From the human T2T-CHM13v2.0 reference genome, Homo sapiens, in assembly GCF_009914755.1 (NCBI RefSeq), contig NC_060926.1: 64,000 bases of DNA, one strand, 5' to 3'. The notes under the pieces were generated by a model. The model was given only the letters and a program-made list of their open reading frames with translations. It ran no database searches and was not told where the DNA came from. Within the stretch, counting starts at the first letter, position 1; each line of letters opens with the position of its first letter. The translations under genes and the position numbers were made by a program. Below are positions 1-13,339 of this stretch, piece by piece.

Positions 1-412
1 GATGAATCCAGGGAAGGTTTCAAAGATCCACCCATGTGCTTTGTCTACATTGGCCATGGTCCACCCCTGCTTGGCACGGTGGTCCTGGGGCAGACACTTC
101 CTTAACTTTCAGCAGCTCGGGTACCCTGATGACATTGCTGATTATTATTGTCTGAAACTGTATCCTCTCACCTGGTAAACACTTGCAGTGCCCAGCCACA
201 AATAATGTGAATTAGAATTAAAAATTAAAAACATGTTTTCTCAGTTACACTAGCTACATTTCAAGTGTTCAGTAGCCACATATGACTAATGGCTACCCTA
301 TTGTACAGCATAAATGTAGACATTTTTATTGTCTTAGAAAATTATTTTGCTTAAAACCGCTCTAAATGTTGACAAGTGTTCCCTCATTGTGTTATAGCTC
401 AGAGCATAAATC
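1..412 (+). pseudogene. Decayed Vkappa relic (FR2 to RSS; 5' part lies outside the window), interrupted in CDR3 by MER3
   Basis: With frameshifts it reads NPGKVSKI...GADTSLTFSS...DDIADYYC (TAT TAT TGT 143-151). After the transposon, CDR3 resumes (cta aat gtt gac aag tgt tcc ct), followed by heptamer-like CATTGTG 385-391, 12-bp spacer 392-403 and nonamer-like GCATAAATC 404-412. Confidence 0.75.
158..359. mobile_element. MER3-like hAT-Charlie DNA transposon
   Basis: Resembles recalled MER3 core (cactagctacatttcaagtgttcagtagccacatatgactaatggctacc). About 200 bp, with degenerate 8-bp target duplication gtctgaaa / ctctaaat. Confidence 0.75.
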
Positions 413-1632
413 TCACCAGCCGTTAGTCTGGAAAACTGGGAGTCCTCAGAAGCTCTCCAGCTGGTGCAACCACTGTGGTCCTCAGATCTGCTCTGGAAGA
501 GTTTCCAGAATAACGGGAATGAGCCTGGGCTGACAGATCCATAAAAGAGGACCTTGGATTTCCTCTCCAGCCCCTGCCATTATGCCCGGCAGGGTCTCTC
601 ACACCCCTTTTTCTCTCTTCCAAAACTACATTTTCAGCATTTCACATGGATTTCAGAACCTAATTCCTAATCGTTTTGTGAGCAACATCTTTTCTGGATA
701 TCCCTTGTCCTCAACTTTGGGACTGGTTTATCAAGGAGAGGTGTCATTCTGTGTTCCTTATAGGATCTGGCCTACTGATGGATGTAATAGGATCTGCTTC
801 ATCATTACCCATGAAAAGACTCACCGTCAAGATTGACTGGGACTCAGCATCTAAAATCCTATAAGATGCTATGTCACCAACCAGCCATTAGATGGCAGAC
901 AAACCCCACAGTAAACACCAGAAATAAGCCTGATCTTAGAAATACTAGGAAAATCAACAGGGATATTTTAGGGCTAAAATGAGGTCTCATTTATGACCTA
1001 GATTACATGGGAGGAGCTGCCAGTGCACTGAGTTGTGGGAAACTCCCTCTGTGCTCTGTGCTCTGAGACTGGAAGCCCAGCCTTTTCCTCCCCACCGCGT
1101 TGGCTGTATCCCCAAACCCTACCTGATGTGGGCTGAATCCAGGCAGAGGGGAGGCTGCCAATGGTCCCTGGAATGGTTTCTCCCTGTTACCACACAGCCA
1201 CTGGGCCATGTGTGCTACTCTGTCTCACAAAGGCCACCAGGGGAGGACCTGCCCACCCTGAGCTCTGGGGACAAAAGTCCCTCCAGTTGGGGTCTAGACC
1301 CACTGCCCATCTCCCCAGCACCTGCTGCTCTGTGATTCCCCAGACCCCCGTCAGGACAGTCAGTGTCCTTAGCAATGGGCAGGGAGGTACTGCTCAGCCC
1401 AGAATGGATGTAGGTTTGGTCCTGAGCTTCCTGACCCTCAGGCTGTGTAGTGATGAAGGGGCCATGGGGTGGTGCAACCATTGCTGGTTTTAAATGTTTG
1501 TGCTCAATTTATCAAAGTTTAAAAATCATATCTTACACTGACAATTAAAGTTATATCTATTAACATATAAGTGTGCATATTATACTTATTCCTAATATAG
1601 ATGCACAGTATATCCAAATGTATAAATATAAT

Positions 1633-1812
1633 TTATATCTAAAATATTATATGTATATTTAATATGTAAGGGTTACATTACAAATATATACCTATGCATG
1701 TAATTTTATGTTTGTTAATTACTTATATCTAAAATATTATATGTATATTTAATTTGTAAGGGTTACATTGCAAATATATACCTATGCACGTAATTTTAAG
1801 TTTGTTTATTTA
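1633..1812 (+). repeat. Two-copy 90-bp AT-rich tandem duplication
   Basis: ttatatctaaaatattatatgtatatttaat...tttgtt begins at 1633 and again at 1723 with few mismatches. Confidence 0.9.
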
Positions 1813-4737
1813 GCATGTGTTCTTTTTCTTTCTAACCAGAACAGAGCCTGGCTGAGTAAAGACTCTGGGGACATTTGCTGTTCCTCCTTCTTTGACTCCA
1901 GCAGGGCCCCAGCCATGCAGAATCAGTGAGGACAGAGCTGAGAGCAGCCAGCTCCAGGAGCTCAGGCCCAGCCCTAAGGGTCGTGTATCTGAGACTTTCA
2001 CACTGGCAGTGGACTCTATGCTTGGTGCAGCGCCCATAGAAGTATGAGCAGTTTCCTTCCCTGAAACCCTGCCAGGCAGCTCTGTGGGCAGGACCTTTGG
2101 TTCCTCCCAAGTCCTCAGCCCCATGGCTCAAGAGAGCAGCTACTTCCTCCACAGCCCAGGGCCAGAGCCCAGCAGTCTCAAGTTGTGCAAGCTTCACCTT
2201 AGTCCTGGGTTGAGGACCCTATTCCAAATCTCTCCTCATTTATTCCCATAACTGAAAGCCTGTCCTGGTCTTAAATGCACAGGCCACATTTACGCAATTC
2301 TTAAAGCTAAAGATGTCGTATGAGAAATCAGAAATTTGATTTCATTTTCATCCTCAGAGCCTGGCTTCTTCCAGCTGTATCAGATCGAAGTGTTCATACG
2401 TTCTCCTCCCTATACAACTTAACTTAGAAGCACAGCGAAATTTAAAATGTGACAAAGCTCTTGGCAGCTATGCAGCAGTCATCCCCTTCTTCCTTTGGTG
2501 TATAGGGCACCAACTATGTCTTGCCGTACATGGTGAGGGTGGTGAGTTTCTCCCAGCTCAGGATGGGAGCAGGGATTAAGGGCACATGTGATCAGCTCCA
2601 AAATGATAATGTCAGAGGAGTGGGCAGGGATCATGGGAAAATGGTTATACCTCAGAAAAGGACAGAAAGTGAAGAGCTTTGCTTTGCATTTCTTCCTGTA
2701 ACAGTTAAGAGAGGATATGATGCTTAGAGCTGCCGCAATCCTCTTGAGACCATGGGGCATTTACAACAAGAATGAAAAGCCAGTGATAATGCAGGTGCAA
2801 AGCAAAAATGTAGTAACAATCTGGGGCCTTTCAGCTGTCACCAAGCTGTTGTACCAACCTTAAGTGCTTCAACCTTCAGACTTCTTGTCATTACTTAAAC
2901 CATTACTATTATTTCTTTGACTTGTTTCTAAAATTATTCCAACTTATCTATAAAAGACACTTAAGAGAAAGATCCTGGCTGGGCCACAGACTGTGCTTCA
3001 GAAGAAGAAACATATTATCAGAAGTGTGTGTGTTTGTAAGAGTCTGAGGCATGAAGGGCAGGAAACATGATAAGTGATATTCTCCCTGGCACCTTCGTCC
3101 TGCTATGCCCATGGCAAGAGAAACCCAAACAATGCCAAAGAGTTCCTCAATTCTGCTCTTTCATTATCTCCATTTCTCCTTTTATATCCTAAGCATGAAA
3201 CATCCCTTTGTTCTCCTTAATTCCTCCCTTTTCCAAGGTCATGAATTGTTGTCAAGAAAGAGACAGGAACCGTTTGAAAAGATAAAACCTGGTGATACTG
3301 TGCATTTCCTCAACACCAACATGGTTCTGCAAGTTTCCTCCCTTCTCAGTGGTTTTCTTATGGGAAGTTGCTGGCTGCCTCAGCCAGGTCTCTGTCAGAG
3401 GTTGCATTTGGAGCGTTTACTAAGCAAAGCTTCCAGGTAGTTAGTGCTGGATTCCCAGGAGAGTAGCAGGATGGTGGGTCTGTATTCCCAGCATGCAGGA
3501 GGCCAGAATGAGACCTGGGGGAAGGCTGTGGGTGTGGGAAGAATGGATTTAGAACTCAGACCTGTAGCCACGGCCTTTGGAACCCAATAGTGTACACTAA
3601 ACAGATGGAGCTCAGGGGAAATCTGGTTTAAAGGTGTTATAGTCATTTGTCATCTTGTTTATGTTTCTAGTGCTACACAGGAATGGATTTATGGAAGTTT
3701 TTATTGTGGAAATAATGTACATGAAACCCCATTGCCTATAGTGAGTCACATGTTAGTTGTAGAATAACTATTAAAGAATTTGATTTGAAAATGACATATG
3801 GTTAATAATATCTTCCATAGCCTCTTTTTCTAAGATACTCAAGGGTGCATTTAAAGAAAACTGGGTATATAAAATGTGCATATAATGTGTGTGTGTGTAT
3901 GTTTATGGGCACACATATACACTCTTCAGGGTGCATCATTTGGTTAAACTCTCACAATACCCCATGACTTCCAAAGTGCTCCATTTCACATATGAGAGAA
4001 CCAGCTATGAGAGCTCATGACTGGTTTGCCAAAAGTCACATGGTCAGCAAATGCCCAAAGTCACATGGTCAGACTTGGGATTGAAGCCCAGGTCTGTCTG
4101 GCTTTAGTATGTTCCTTCTACGTGGCCACTTTCATCCCATGGTTGAGCCCAAAGCCTATAAATAGGAAGAAGGGACCATAAAAACAGTGTGGAATCCACA
4201 GCTCCCTGCTGCCTCTGTCTCATGCCAGGCTGGCCCTAATCTTAAACTAGCCCCTTCTGTGGTTTTCTCTTCAAAATATAACCCTCTCGAAGTCTTTAAA
4301 ACTTGTAAATGACTTTGCTTTATATTTTGGAGTAGGAACACATCTTGCTTTCCCCTGACCCTGTTCACATCTTCTCTTTCCCTTCCAGTCTCTCTAAGTC
4401 TTTCCTTCTCAGATTCCAATCTCTCTAAGTTTTTCCTTGTCAGGTTGTGTTCTAACTTTCCTGCCAAACATGAAAACAAACACACAAACAAACAAACCCT
4501 CCGCTTTCTATCAGGTGCTATGAGACCTGATCCCTTAACTCTCCAACACACATTGGAAAAGAGCTAATCAAAGGGTTTACTCTAGACATTTTCTACCTAA
4601 GAAGAATCCTGGTACAAGTTCTCATAGAAAATGGTTTACATCTCTTGTCAAAACTGGCACCAGATTATAACAACATGGAATGTTTGGGAGAACAGAGGAC
4701 ACCACACACTCAGAGACGTAAAAGACATTTTTCCCCT

Positions 4738-5540
<803 letters not shown>

Positions 5541-5837
5541 TTCATTTCGCCCACAATTAATATCTTCCCCACAATTGTCCTTCTCTAAGGTAGAATTAAA
5601 AATCAGAGGGCATATTTATGAAGCAAGAGAGCTAGAAAAAATCTTAGATTCAGGGCCCTCAAATCTTTGGGTTTTAAATGCTGGGGGACACTTATTCCAC
5701 TGCCTCTAATGTGGACTTCACAATGTGTAGCTAGTTTTAGAGGCTCCTTTAATTTACTAACCCAGAAAAAATTCATTGCACAAAGACAATCTAAAATAGA
5801 TTGGTAAAGGGAAATTAATTGCTTCCTGACCATTCCT

Positions 5838-6388
5838 GAATTAGGGTTCTCTAGAGGGAAAGGGCTAATAGGATAGATGTATAAATGAGAGGGAGTTTAT
5901 TAAGGAATGTTGACTCACACAGTCACAAGGTGAAGTCCCACAATAGGCTGTCTGCAAGCTGAGGAGGAAGGAAACCAGTTTGAGTCTCAAAACCTCAAAA
6001 GTAGGGAAGCCGACAGTGCAGCCTTTAGTTTGTGGCTGAAGGCTGACAATACCCTGGCAAGCCACCAGCGTAAGTCCAAGAGTCCAAAAGCTGAAGAACT
6101 TGGAGTCTGATGTTTGAGGGCAGGAAGCATCCAGCATGGGAGAAAGATGAAGGTCAGAAGACTTAGCCAGCCTAGTCCTTCCACATTCCTCTGCCTGCTT
6201 TCTGCTTTTATCCTAGCTGCACTGGCAGCTGATTAGATGGTGCCCACCCAGATTGAGGGTGGGTCTGCCTTTCCCAGACCACTGACTCAAATGTTAATCT
6301 CCTTTGGCAACACCTTCACAGACACACCCAGGAACAATACTTTGCCTCTTTCAATCCAATCAACTTGACACTCAATATTAACCATCTC
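5838..6388 (-). mobile_element. MLT2A-type (HERV-L) solo LTR
   Basis: Reverse complement starts gatggttaatattgagtgtcaagttgattggattgaa. The other end is ttagggttctctagaggg. Confidence 0.85.
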
Positions 6389-6389
6389 C

Positions 6390-6945
6390 AGTGAAGACTG
6401 ATGAAGAGCCAATAAACACAGAAAAAGATGCTCCACATCACTAATTCTTAGGGCAATGAAAACAAAATCCACCTTATACCTCTTAGGATGGTTTCCCTCA
6501 ACAGAAAATGAAAACTGTTCATGAGAATTTGGAGAAATTGGAAATCTTGTGGACACTGTTTTGGGGATGTAAAATGGTCACCTAGTATAAGAAACTACAT
6601 TGCAATTCCTCAATAAATTAAAAATAGAAATACTATATAATTCAGCAATTCCACCGTTGGACATATATCCAAATAACTGACAACATTAACTTGAAGAAAT
6701 ATTTATATACCCACATTCAGAGAATTATTGTTCATAATAGCCAAAAGGTGGAATCAACTCAAATGTTCATGCAGGGAAGGGTGGATAAACAAAATGTGGC
6801 ATATAAATATATATGCAATGGAATGTTATTCAACTTTCCAAAGGAAGGAAATTCTGACACAGGCTCCCACATAGATGAACAGTGAAGGCACTATGCTCAG
6901 CAAAATCAGCAAGCCACAGGACTAATGAGGTGTCATCCCACTATA
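6390..6945 (+). mobile_element. Old L1 (L1M-type) ORF2 3'/3'UTR fragment
   Basis: catcactaattcttagggcaatgaaaac...cagcaattccacc...ttcataatagccaaaaggtggaa...gtggataaacaaaatgtgg. Confidence 0.8.
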
Positions 6946-7061
6946 GTATTTGCAGCACAGTCTCCAGTTGGCCTTGGACCAACCCAGTCTCCTCCCTTTT
7001 CTCACTCTTAGTTTTCAAGAATCACTGTAGAATATCCTGGGAATGTAACATCCTGAGATAG

Positions 7062-7690
<629 letters not shown>

Positions 7691-8599
7691 AAAGTGTTAC
7701 CATTTTCTTAGTGCTTATATAGGTTGGCATTATGTGCCTATGTGCAATATAACATTTGCCTAAGTCTATAGGCAACTAATTTTGTTTCAACTAGGTCAGA
7801 GGCCAAAGAAATGCTAAGTCCGATTAAGCTGTGAGGGTCCCAGTACCTTCAAGACCTGTCTCCTAAATTCTAATCAGTGAGGACTGTGGTACCGGAGTGA
7901 TTATTTCTATCTTATCTCATTTACAGCTTGGTCCAGAGAGCTGCCTTAGACTCTCCAGTGAATCTATTCAAACAGCTGCCTCTGTTACCTTGACTCATCT
8001 CATTTTATTGACCCAAGACGGGTCCTGGCACTAGGAATGTAAGGCTGTCTCCATTATTTTGACTTGCTTGAGGTTAGGGAGAAGCCTGTGCAAGCCTCCC
8101 ACTGACCTATGTTTTACTTCTAGCTTTGATGCCTGGGAACCGATTCCCCTAGGTTTAATTATTTGCTCAGTGTTAAGGCAGTGCTGTGGAAATTTGTTGG
8201 TATAACTGGACTGCTACACAGGCCTGTCTGTGTGACTGTCATGCAGACCTGTCTGTCCAATTGACAGGGAGTATTGTCCTGCCACACCCTCTTGAAACAG
8301 GATTTCCTTCAACACTTTAGCTCAGCATGATATGTGACTCCAAGATATAAAACCCAGGGTGGGTCCAATCAAGAGTGCCTCAGCTGCAGTGTATATGAAG
8401 CACAGTCTAGACCCCATTAGCCCCAGGCAGCTTTCCTGAGCCTTGGGGGAACAGACCTACAATAAATTCTTGGATTTTGCTATCCCTTGCTGCCTGTCTG
8501 TAAATTGTAAATTGCTTCACATAACTAGTTGTGTAAGGGTGTTTTATCTCCCTGGACTCAAATAAGTTGGTAATCACTGCACAGTTAACCTGCTTAACA

Positions 8600-11500
8600 A
8601 AATTGCCCCATTGAGAAGATTCTAGTATGACAGAACCATGGCTTATTGGTGAAGTGGGAAGAATGATACCTCCCATTACTTGGCCAGGGGAGGACCATTA
8701 GACTGGAAGGTGCAAGGCCTGGACATGCATCTGGGTGCTTTATGGGGAATGAGGGAGGATCAGTGGGTTATAGATCACTCTCTCCATGAGTTTAGATGAG
8801 CTGGCTGCCTGAATTAAGGCAGAGAGAAAGGAGTGTAGAAATGAGAATGAGGCACAAAATCCTCTGGTTCGTAGACACTTACATGATTGCTCATTCCTGG
8901 AGCCAGAGAGCTAGGGAAACGGGTACTCAAATGGACCCTAAGATCCCTGAGAGGGAACCAACATATGCTATTTGGGCTTTCACACAAAGGGAGACTCACT
9001 CTCTAAATAAGAGATACAGAAAAAGTTCAGGGAAGGCCTATGCAGACTGTTTGGTGTATTTGTTTGATAAAGCAATATTTGCAGTTCCAAATTTCTTGAT
9101 CTAAATATCACAGTTAGGGATACAGCCAATGCCTTTGGGTGCTCACCAGAAACCAGTGGCCCTAGACCATGTAAAAATAAAAGGAGAAAATAAGGAAATA
9201 CTTTTCTGGGTTTTTGGGTGCCAGAGCCCATAGGTCTCCATTGGGGAAAATTTAACCAATGACATTGAGAGGTTCAGGGACAAATGCAGTGGCCATGGTG
9301 CTTCTCTGCTTGTGGATGGTGCCCTGCGGGCCATGTTGGGGCTGGTGACTGTAGTTCCCACCTCAGAGTGCAGTACAGGCATTGATATTTGCACCACAGA
9401 ACATCACTGCTGCATAAAAGGTATATTCCCTTGCAGCTAAGAATTCAAGCCTTAACAAAAGGGAATATCCACTGAAGCCTACCACCTAAGCTACGCATGA
9501 CTCCGTGGGTTATTTGACAAAAACAGTACTGTGTACTAAGTGAAGAATAAGACATTACCTGTTTTTTTCAAGACTTGCTACAAACAGATTAAAATGTTAC
9601 ATAGTCCCCTGTCACCATGGAGCAACTCAGTTTGGCGGGGCAAAAAGACTTTAGGGGAACAGAGACTAACAATGGACTATTTCACGTTGAATGCTAAGGC
9701 CACTTGGACAGGAAACCAAGGAAGGATCGCGGATATAGTTAAACATTGTTGGTACTAGCAGCAACCATTAATAAAAAGGACAACAGCTGGTAGGCTTCTT
9801 TGAGTATTGGAAACAGCATAAACCTCTCTGGGGTGGGCTTTTAGTCCACTTAGTCAAAATCAAAATCACAAACAAAACCACCAACCTTGAACAGAGCCCT
9901 TTGCAACAGCAGCCTTGGAAGAAGTTCAACAGGACATGGTCCAAACACTTCTTTTAGACCTTTAGAGCCTGTTAGCCTGATGGAAGTTCAGGTGTCCACA
10001 GTCTCTATGTATGCTGACTGGAGTATGTGGCAACAGAAAATTGTCACTGAGTGAGCCAGCCTCTCAGATACTGAACACATAAACCAGCTGAAGCAGCCAC
10101 CAGATGTCCCTCTTTGGCAAGGCAACTCCTTGCTTGCTATTGGAAACTGACAGGGACTGGACAGCTTGGGGCTGAGCACCAAGTGTGGCGCTGCTGGGTG
10201 AACTGCTCCTTTTCACTTGGGTGCAAAAATCCAACCAGTGAAACTGGACAGGCTCAATAGAGCTGCATTATCAAATGGAAATGGTATATTCAGAATCAGG
10301 CCCAGCCAGCAACCCGTGGGATCTGAAGGCTCCATAAACAAATGGCGAGCTTGCTAGAAGGGACTAAATGACCCATGGGGGATGGTTTGGCTCTGCTTTT
10401 GGCTACCCGAAGTCCAAGATTCAGAGACATGCCGACATCGGTATGGCATGGTTCACTTAGGGCTCTGCAAAACATGCAGACTGGGGGTGGCTACCATCTA
10501 GCCAGTGGATGACTATTTTCTTTCCTGAGACTGATGATGGTCATTCCACCCAATGGTCCAAACTACATGCAGTGGTAATGGTCATGCAGGCCTTTCTGCC
10601 ACCTCTTGCTATATTTTTACCAACTCATGGGCCACTGCCAACAGTCTAGCTATCTGATCAGGAAAATAGTAACCGAGTGACTGGACTATTAAAGCATCCC
10701 CTCTGTGGAGAAAAGGACTATGGCAACAGCTTGCCACCTGTAAGAGACAAATATGTCACTCAGCTGGATGCTGGGACTACCATGACCACCCTTGAGATGA
10801 ACTTATGCCATGTTTTTGGATGCCCACTGAGACTTTGCTTTGACCAAGGAAAGTTCTTTACTGCCCAAATGATGTCAATGGACACACTCTCATGGGACGT
10901 GATGGACTTTCCATACACCTTGTTATCCAAAGGCCAATGGATCTATTTAATGCTAGAACAGCTGACTCACACAGCAACTGAAGAGTGTACATCAGGACAA
11001 CCTGCTAATAGAGTGGTACCCCATCTGACCACAGCAAATGGACATTAAACACTGCACTGCAGAGCAAGGGAAAGACGGCACGGAGGTGCAGGTTGAAAAA
11101 CACTGAGTTGAGTGAGGAAGAAGTTGGGCAAGGCCAGTTTCCTGATAGAGCTGCCACTGTGAAATCCCAAACTCAGGGTTTCCAATCATTTTTTTCCTTT
11201 TATAGTGATGTTCTTGGGGGTGTTGCAGTTTAGGCCACCATGATAACCCAGACAGGCCTCCTAACTCTAATTGGATGGAATGATTCCCCTGGGTGCCTTC
11301 TGTGGGTTCCACAGGATCAAGAAATATCAGGGTGTTAATTTCCTTCTACTGGTACGGGGGTCATCTGATTCCTCCATTAGGGTGGATGACGTTATCAGAC
11401 ATGTCAAGTTTCTACAGTACTTGACCTCCCTTCTAGAACTGGACAACCGAGGGTGAAAGGACTGGGTCAAGCAACAATGGCAATGGGTGCCCAAAGAGGT

Positions 11501-11620
11501 AGTAGTCTCAGAACAGGGACAGACAGACTGAGTCCCTCCACTAACTCAAACCAACCCCTGTGGATGAGTAGGGGATCCCTGAGATCCTGGGGTGGATGGG
11601 AGGTGGGGCACTGATCTGTC
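8600..11620 (+). mobile_element. Degenerate ERVL-class internal region (gag/pol remnants)
   Basis: Follows the LTR end. Pol-like remnants SPWSNSVW...RLTMDYFTLN (RT) and FGCPLRLCFDQGKFFTAQ (integrase SDQG-like); many stops and frameshifts. Confidence 0.7.
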
Positions 11621-12395
11621 AATCTGTTTTTTCTTCAAGGATCAGGCAGCAGAGACCCAGAAGCTTCATGTCTTTGTAAGGCTCTTCCAAGCCACCACAG
11701 ATAATTTGACAAAACACTGTATCTGCATCCCAGACCTCACCCTGTCACGGACTGAAGTGGTTGTTTCATCCTACTAAGGGTAAACCATACCAGCTATACA
11801 GGATAAAAAGACTGGATAGATTAGAGGATCACCCAAGGAATAGTTCTTTGCCTGCATGGACAAAACCATCTTCTGTCTTTAGGGAAATGGTATCACTACC
11901 CTGAGGATTTGGAGCCCAGGTATCACTTATCTGTGCAGTTGTGAAAGTCCTCACACTCACAGTGCTGAGGTTAATTGAATGTTACTCTTTTAATTTCTGC
12001 AAAGAATGAGACAGCCTCTGGACCCTCAGGAAAGATTGCTAACAAGTAAATACAAGTATATCCGGAAGATAAAGTAGTAATAGACTCTTCCTTTCAACCT
12101 GATCCATCATGCATTTAGGGAACTGACTGGGCACAAGTTGGAGCAGAAAGAGAAAAATGAAACCACAGCCTTCTATTTTGTTTCTAACAGACTTGTACCA
12201 AACATTCTGTGGCTGAATCTAAGTGATGGTGAGACAAGAGGACACAGGGGTTAAATTCTGTGGCCGCAGGGGAGAAGTTCTACCCTCAGGCTGAGCCAAC
12301 GGCCTTTTCTGGCCTGATCACCTGGGCATGGGCTGCTGAGTGCAGAGAGGGGAGGCAGATGGTCTCTGAAGCTGGAAGCCCAGCACCCGCCCCCC

Positions 12396-12450
12396 CAGCT
12401 GCTTTGCATGTCCCTCCCAGCCGCCCTGCAGTCCAGAGCCCATATCAATG
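12396..12450 (+). promoter_or_regulatory. IGKV3D-20 promoter: E-box, variant octamer/decamer, TATA-like box
   Basis: CAGCTG 12396-12401; TGCTTTGCAT 12400-12409 (Vk3-type CTTTGCAT); catatcaa at 12441. Confidence 0.85.
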
Positions 12451-12502
12451 CCTGGGTCAGAGCTCTGGGGAGGAACTGCTCAGTTAGGACCCAGAGGGAA
12501 CC

Positions 12503-13039
12503 ATGGAAACCCCAGCGCAGCTTCTCTTCCTCCTGCTACTCTGGCTCCCAGGTGAGGGGAACATGGGATGGTTTTGCATGTCAGTGAAAACCCTCTCAAG
12601 TCCTGTTACCTGGCAACTCTGCTGAATCAATACAATAATTAAAGCTCAATATAAAGCAATAATTCTGGCTCTTCTGGGAAGACAGTGGGTTTGATTTAGA
12701 TTACATGGGTGACTTTTCTATTTTATTTCCAATCTCAGATACCACCGGAGAAATTGTGTTGACGCAGTCTCCAGCCACCCTGTCTTTGTCTCCAGGGGAA
12801 AGAGCCACCCTCTCCTGCGGGGCCAGTCAGAGTGTTAGCAGCAGCTACTTAGCCTGGTACCAGCAGAAACCTGGCCTGGCGCCCAGGCTCCTCATCTATG
12901 ATGCATCCAGCAGGGCCACTGGCATCCCAGACAGGTTCAGTGGCAGTGGGTCTGGGACAGACTTCACTCTCACCATCAGCAGACTGGAGCCTGAAGATTT
13001 TGCAGTGTATTACTGTCAGCAGTATGGTAGCTCACCTCC
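12503..13039 (+). CDS. IGKV3D-20: Ig kappa variable gene segment 3D-20 (leader exon 12503-12551, intron 12552-12738, L2+V exon 12739-13039)
   Basis: [20 protein letters not shown] + [63 protein letters not shown]...[14 protein letters not shown] intron. The SPAT, CGAS, GLAP and DAS residues distinguish it from IGKV3-20. Confidence 0.97.
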
Positions 13040-13067
13040 CACAGTGATTCAGCTTGAAACAAAAACC
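13040..13067 (+). other. Consensus 12-RSS of IGKV3D-20
   Basis: CACAGTG-attcagcttgaa-ACAAAAACC. Confidence 0.98.
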
Positions 13068-13339
13068 TCTGCAAGACCTTCATTGTTTACTAGATTATAC
13101 CAGCTGCTTCCTTTACAGATAGCTGCTGCAATGACAACTCAATTTTAGCATCTCTTCTCTGCTTGGGCATTTTGGGGATCTTAAAAAAGTAATCCCTTGA
13201 TATATTTAGACTCTGATTCCTGCATTATTCCTCAGACCAAGATGGACAGCCAGGTTTAAAGCACAGTTTCACAGTAATGGCCACTGGATCAGATTTACGT
13301 CAGTGGATGTCAATAAAGGTCCCAACCAGAGCCATAAGG

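Noticed and set aside
1633-1812. 90-bp repeat or LTR12 tandem units as CRISPR-like arrays
   Set aside because: Eukaryotic context, no unique spacers; simple tandem duplication or normal LTR structure.
1190-2210. GC-rich duplicated block with minus-strand leader-like (ctgagctcctggagctggctgctctc) and GSGS-like (ggcagtgggtct) motifs
   Set aside because: No Cys/Trp/YYC spacing or RSS could be reconstructed in either copy, so I cannot support a V relic call.
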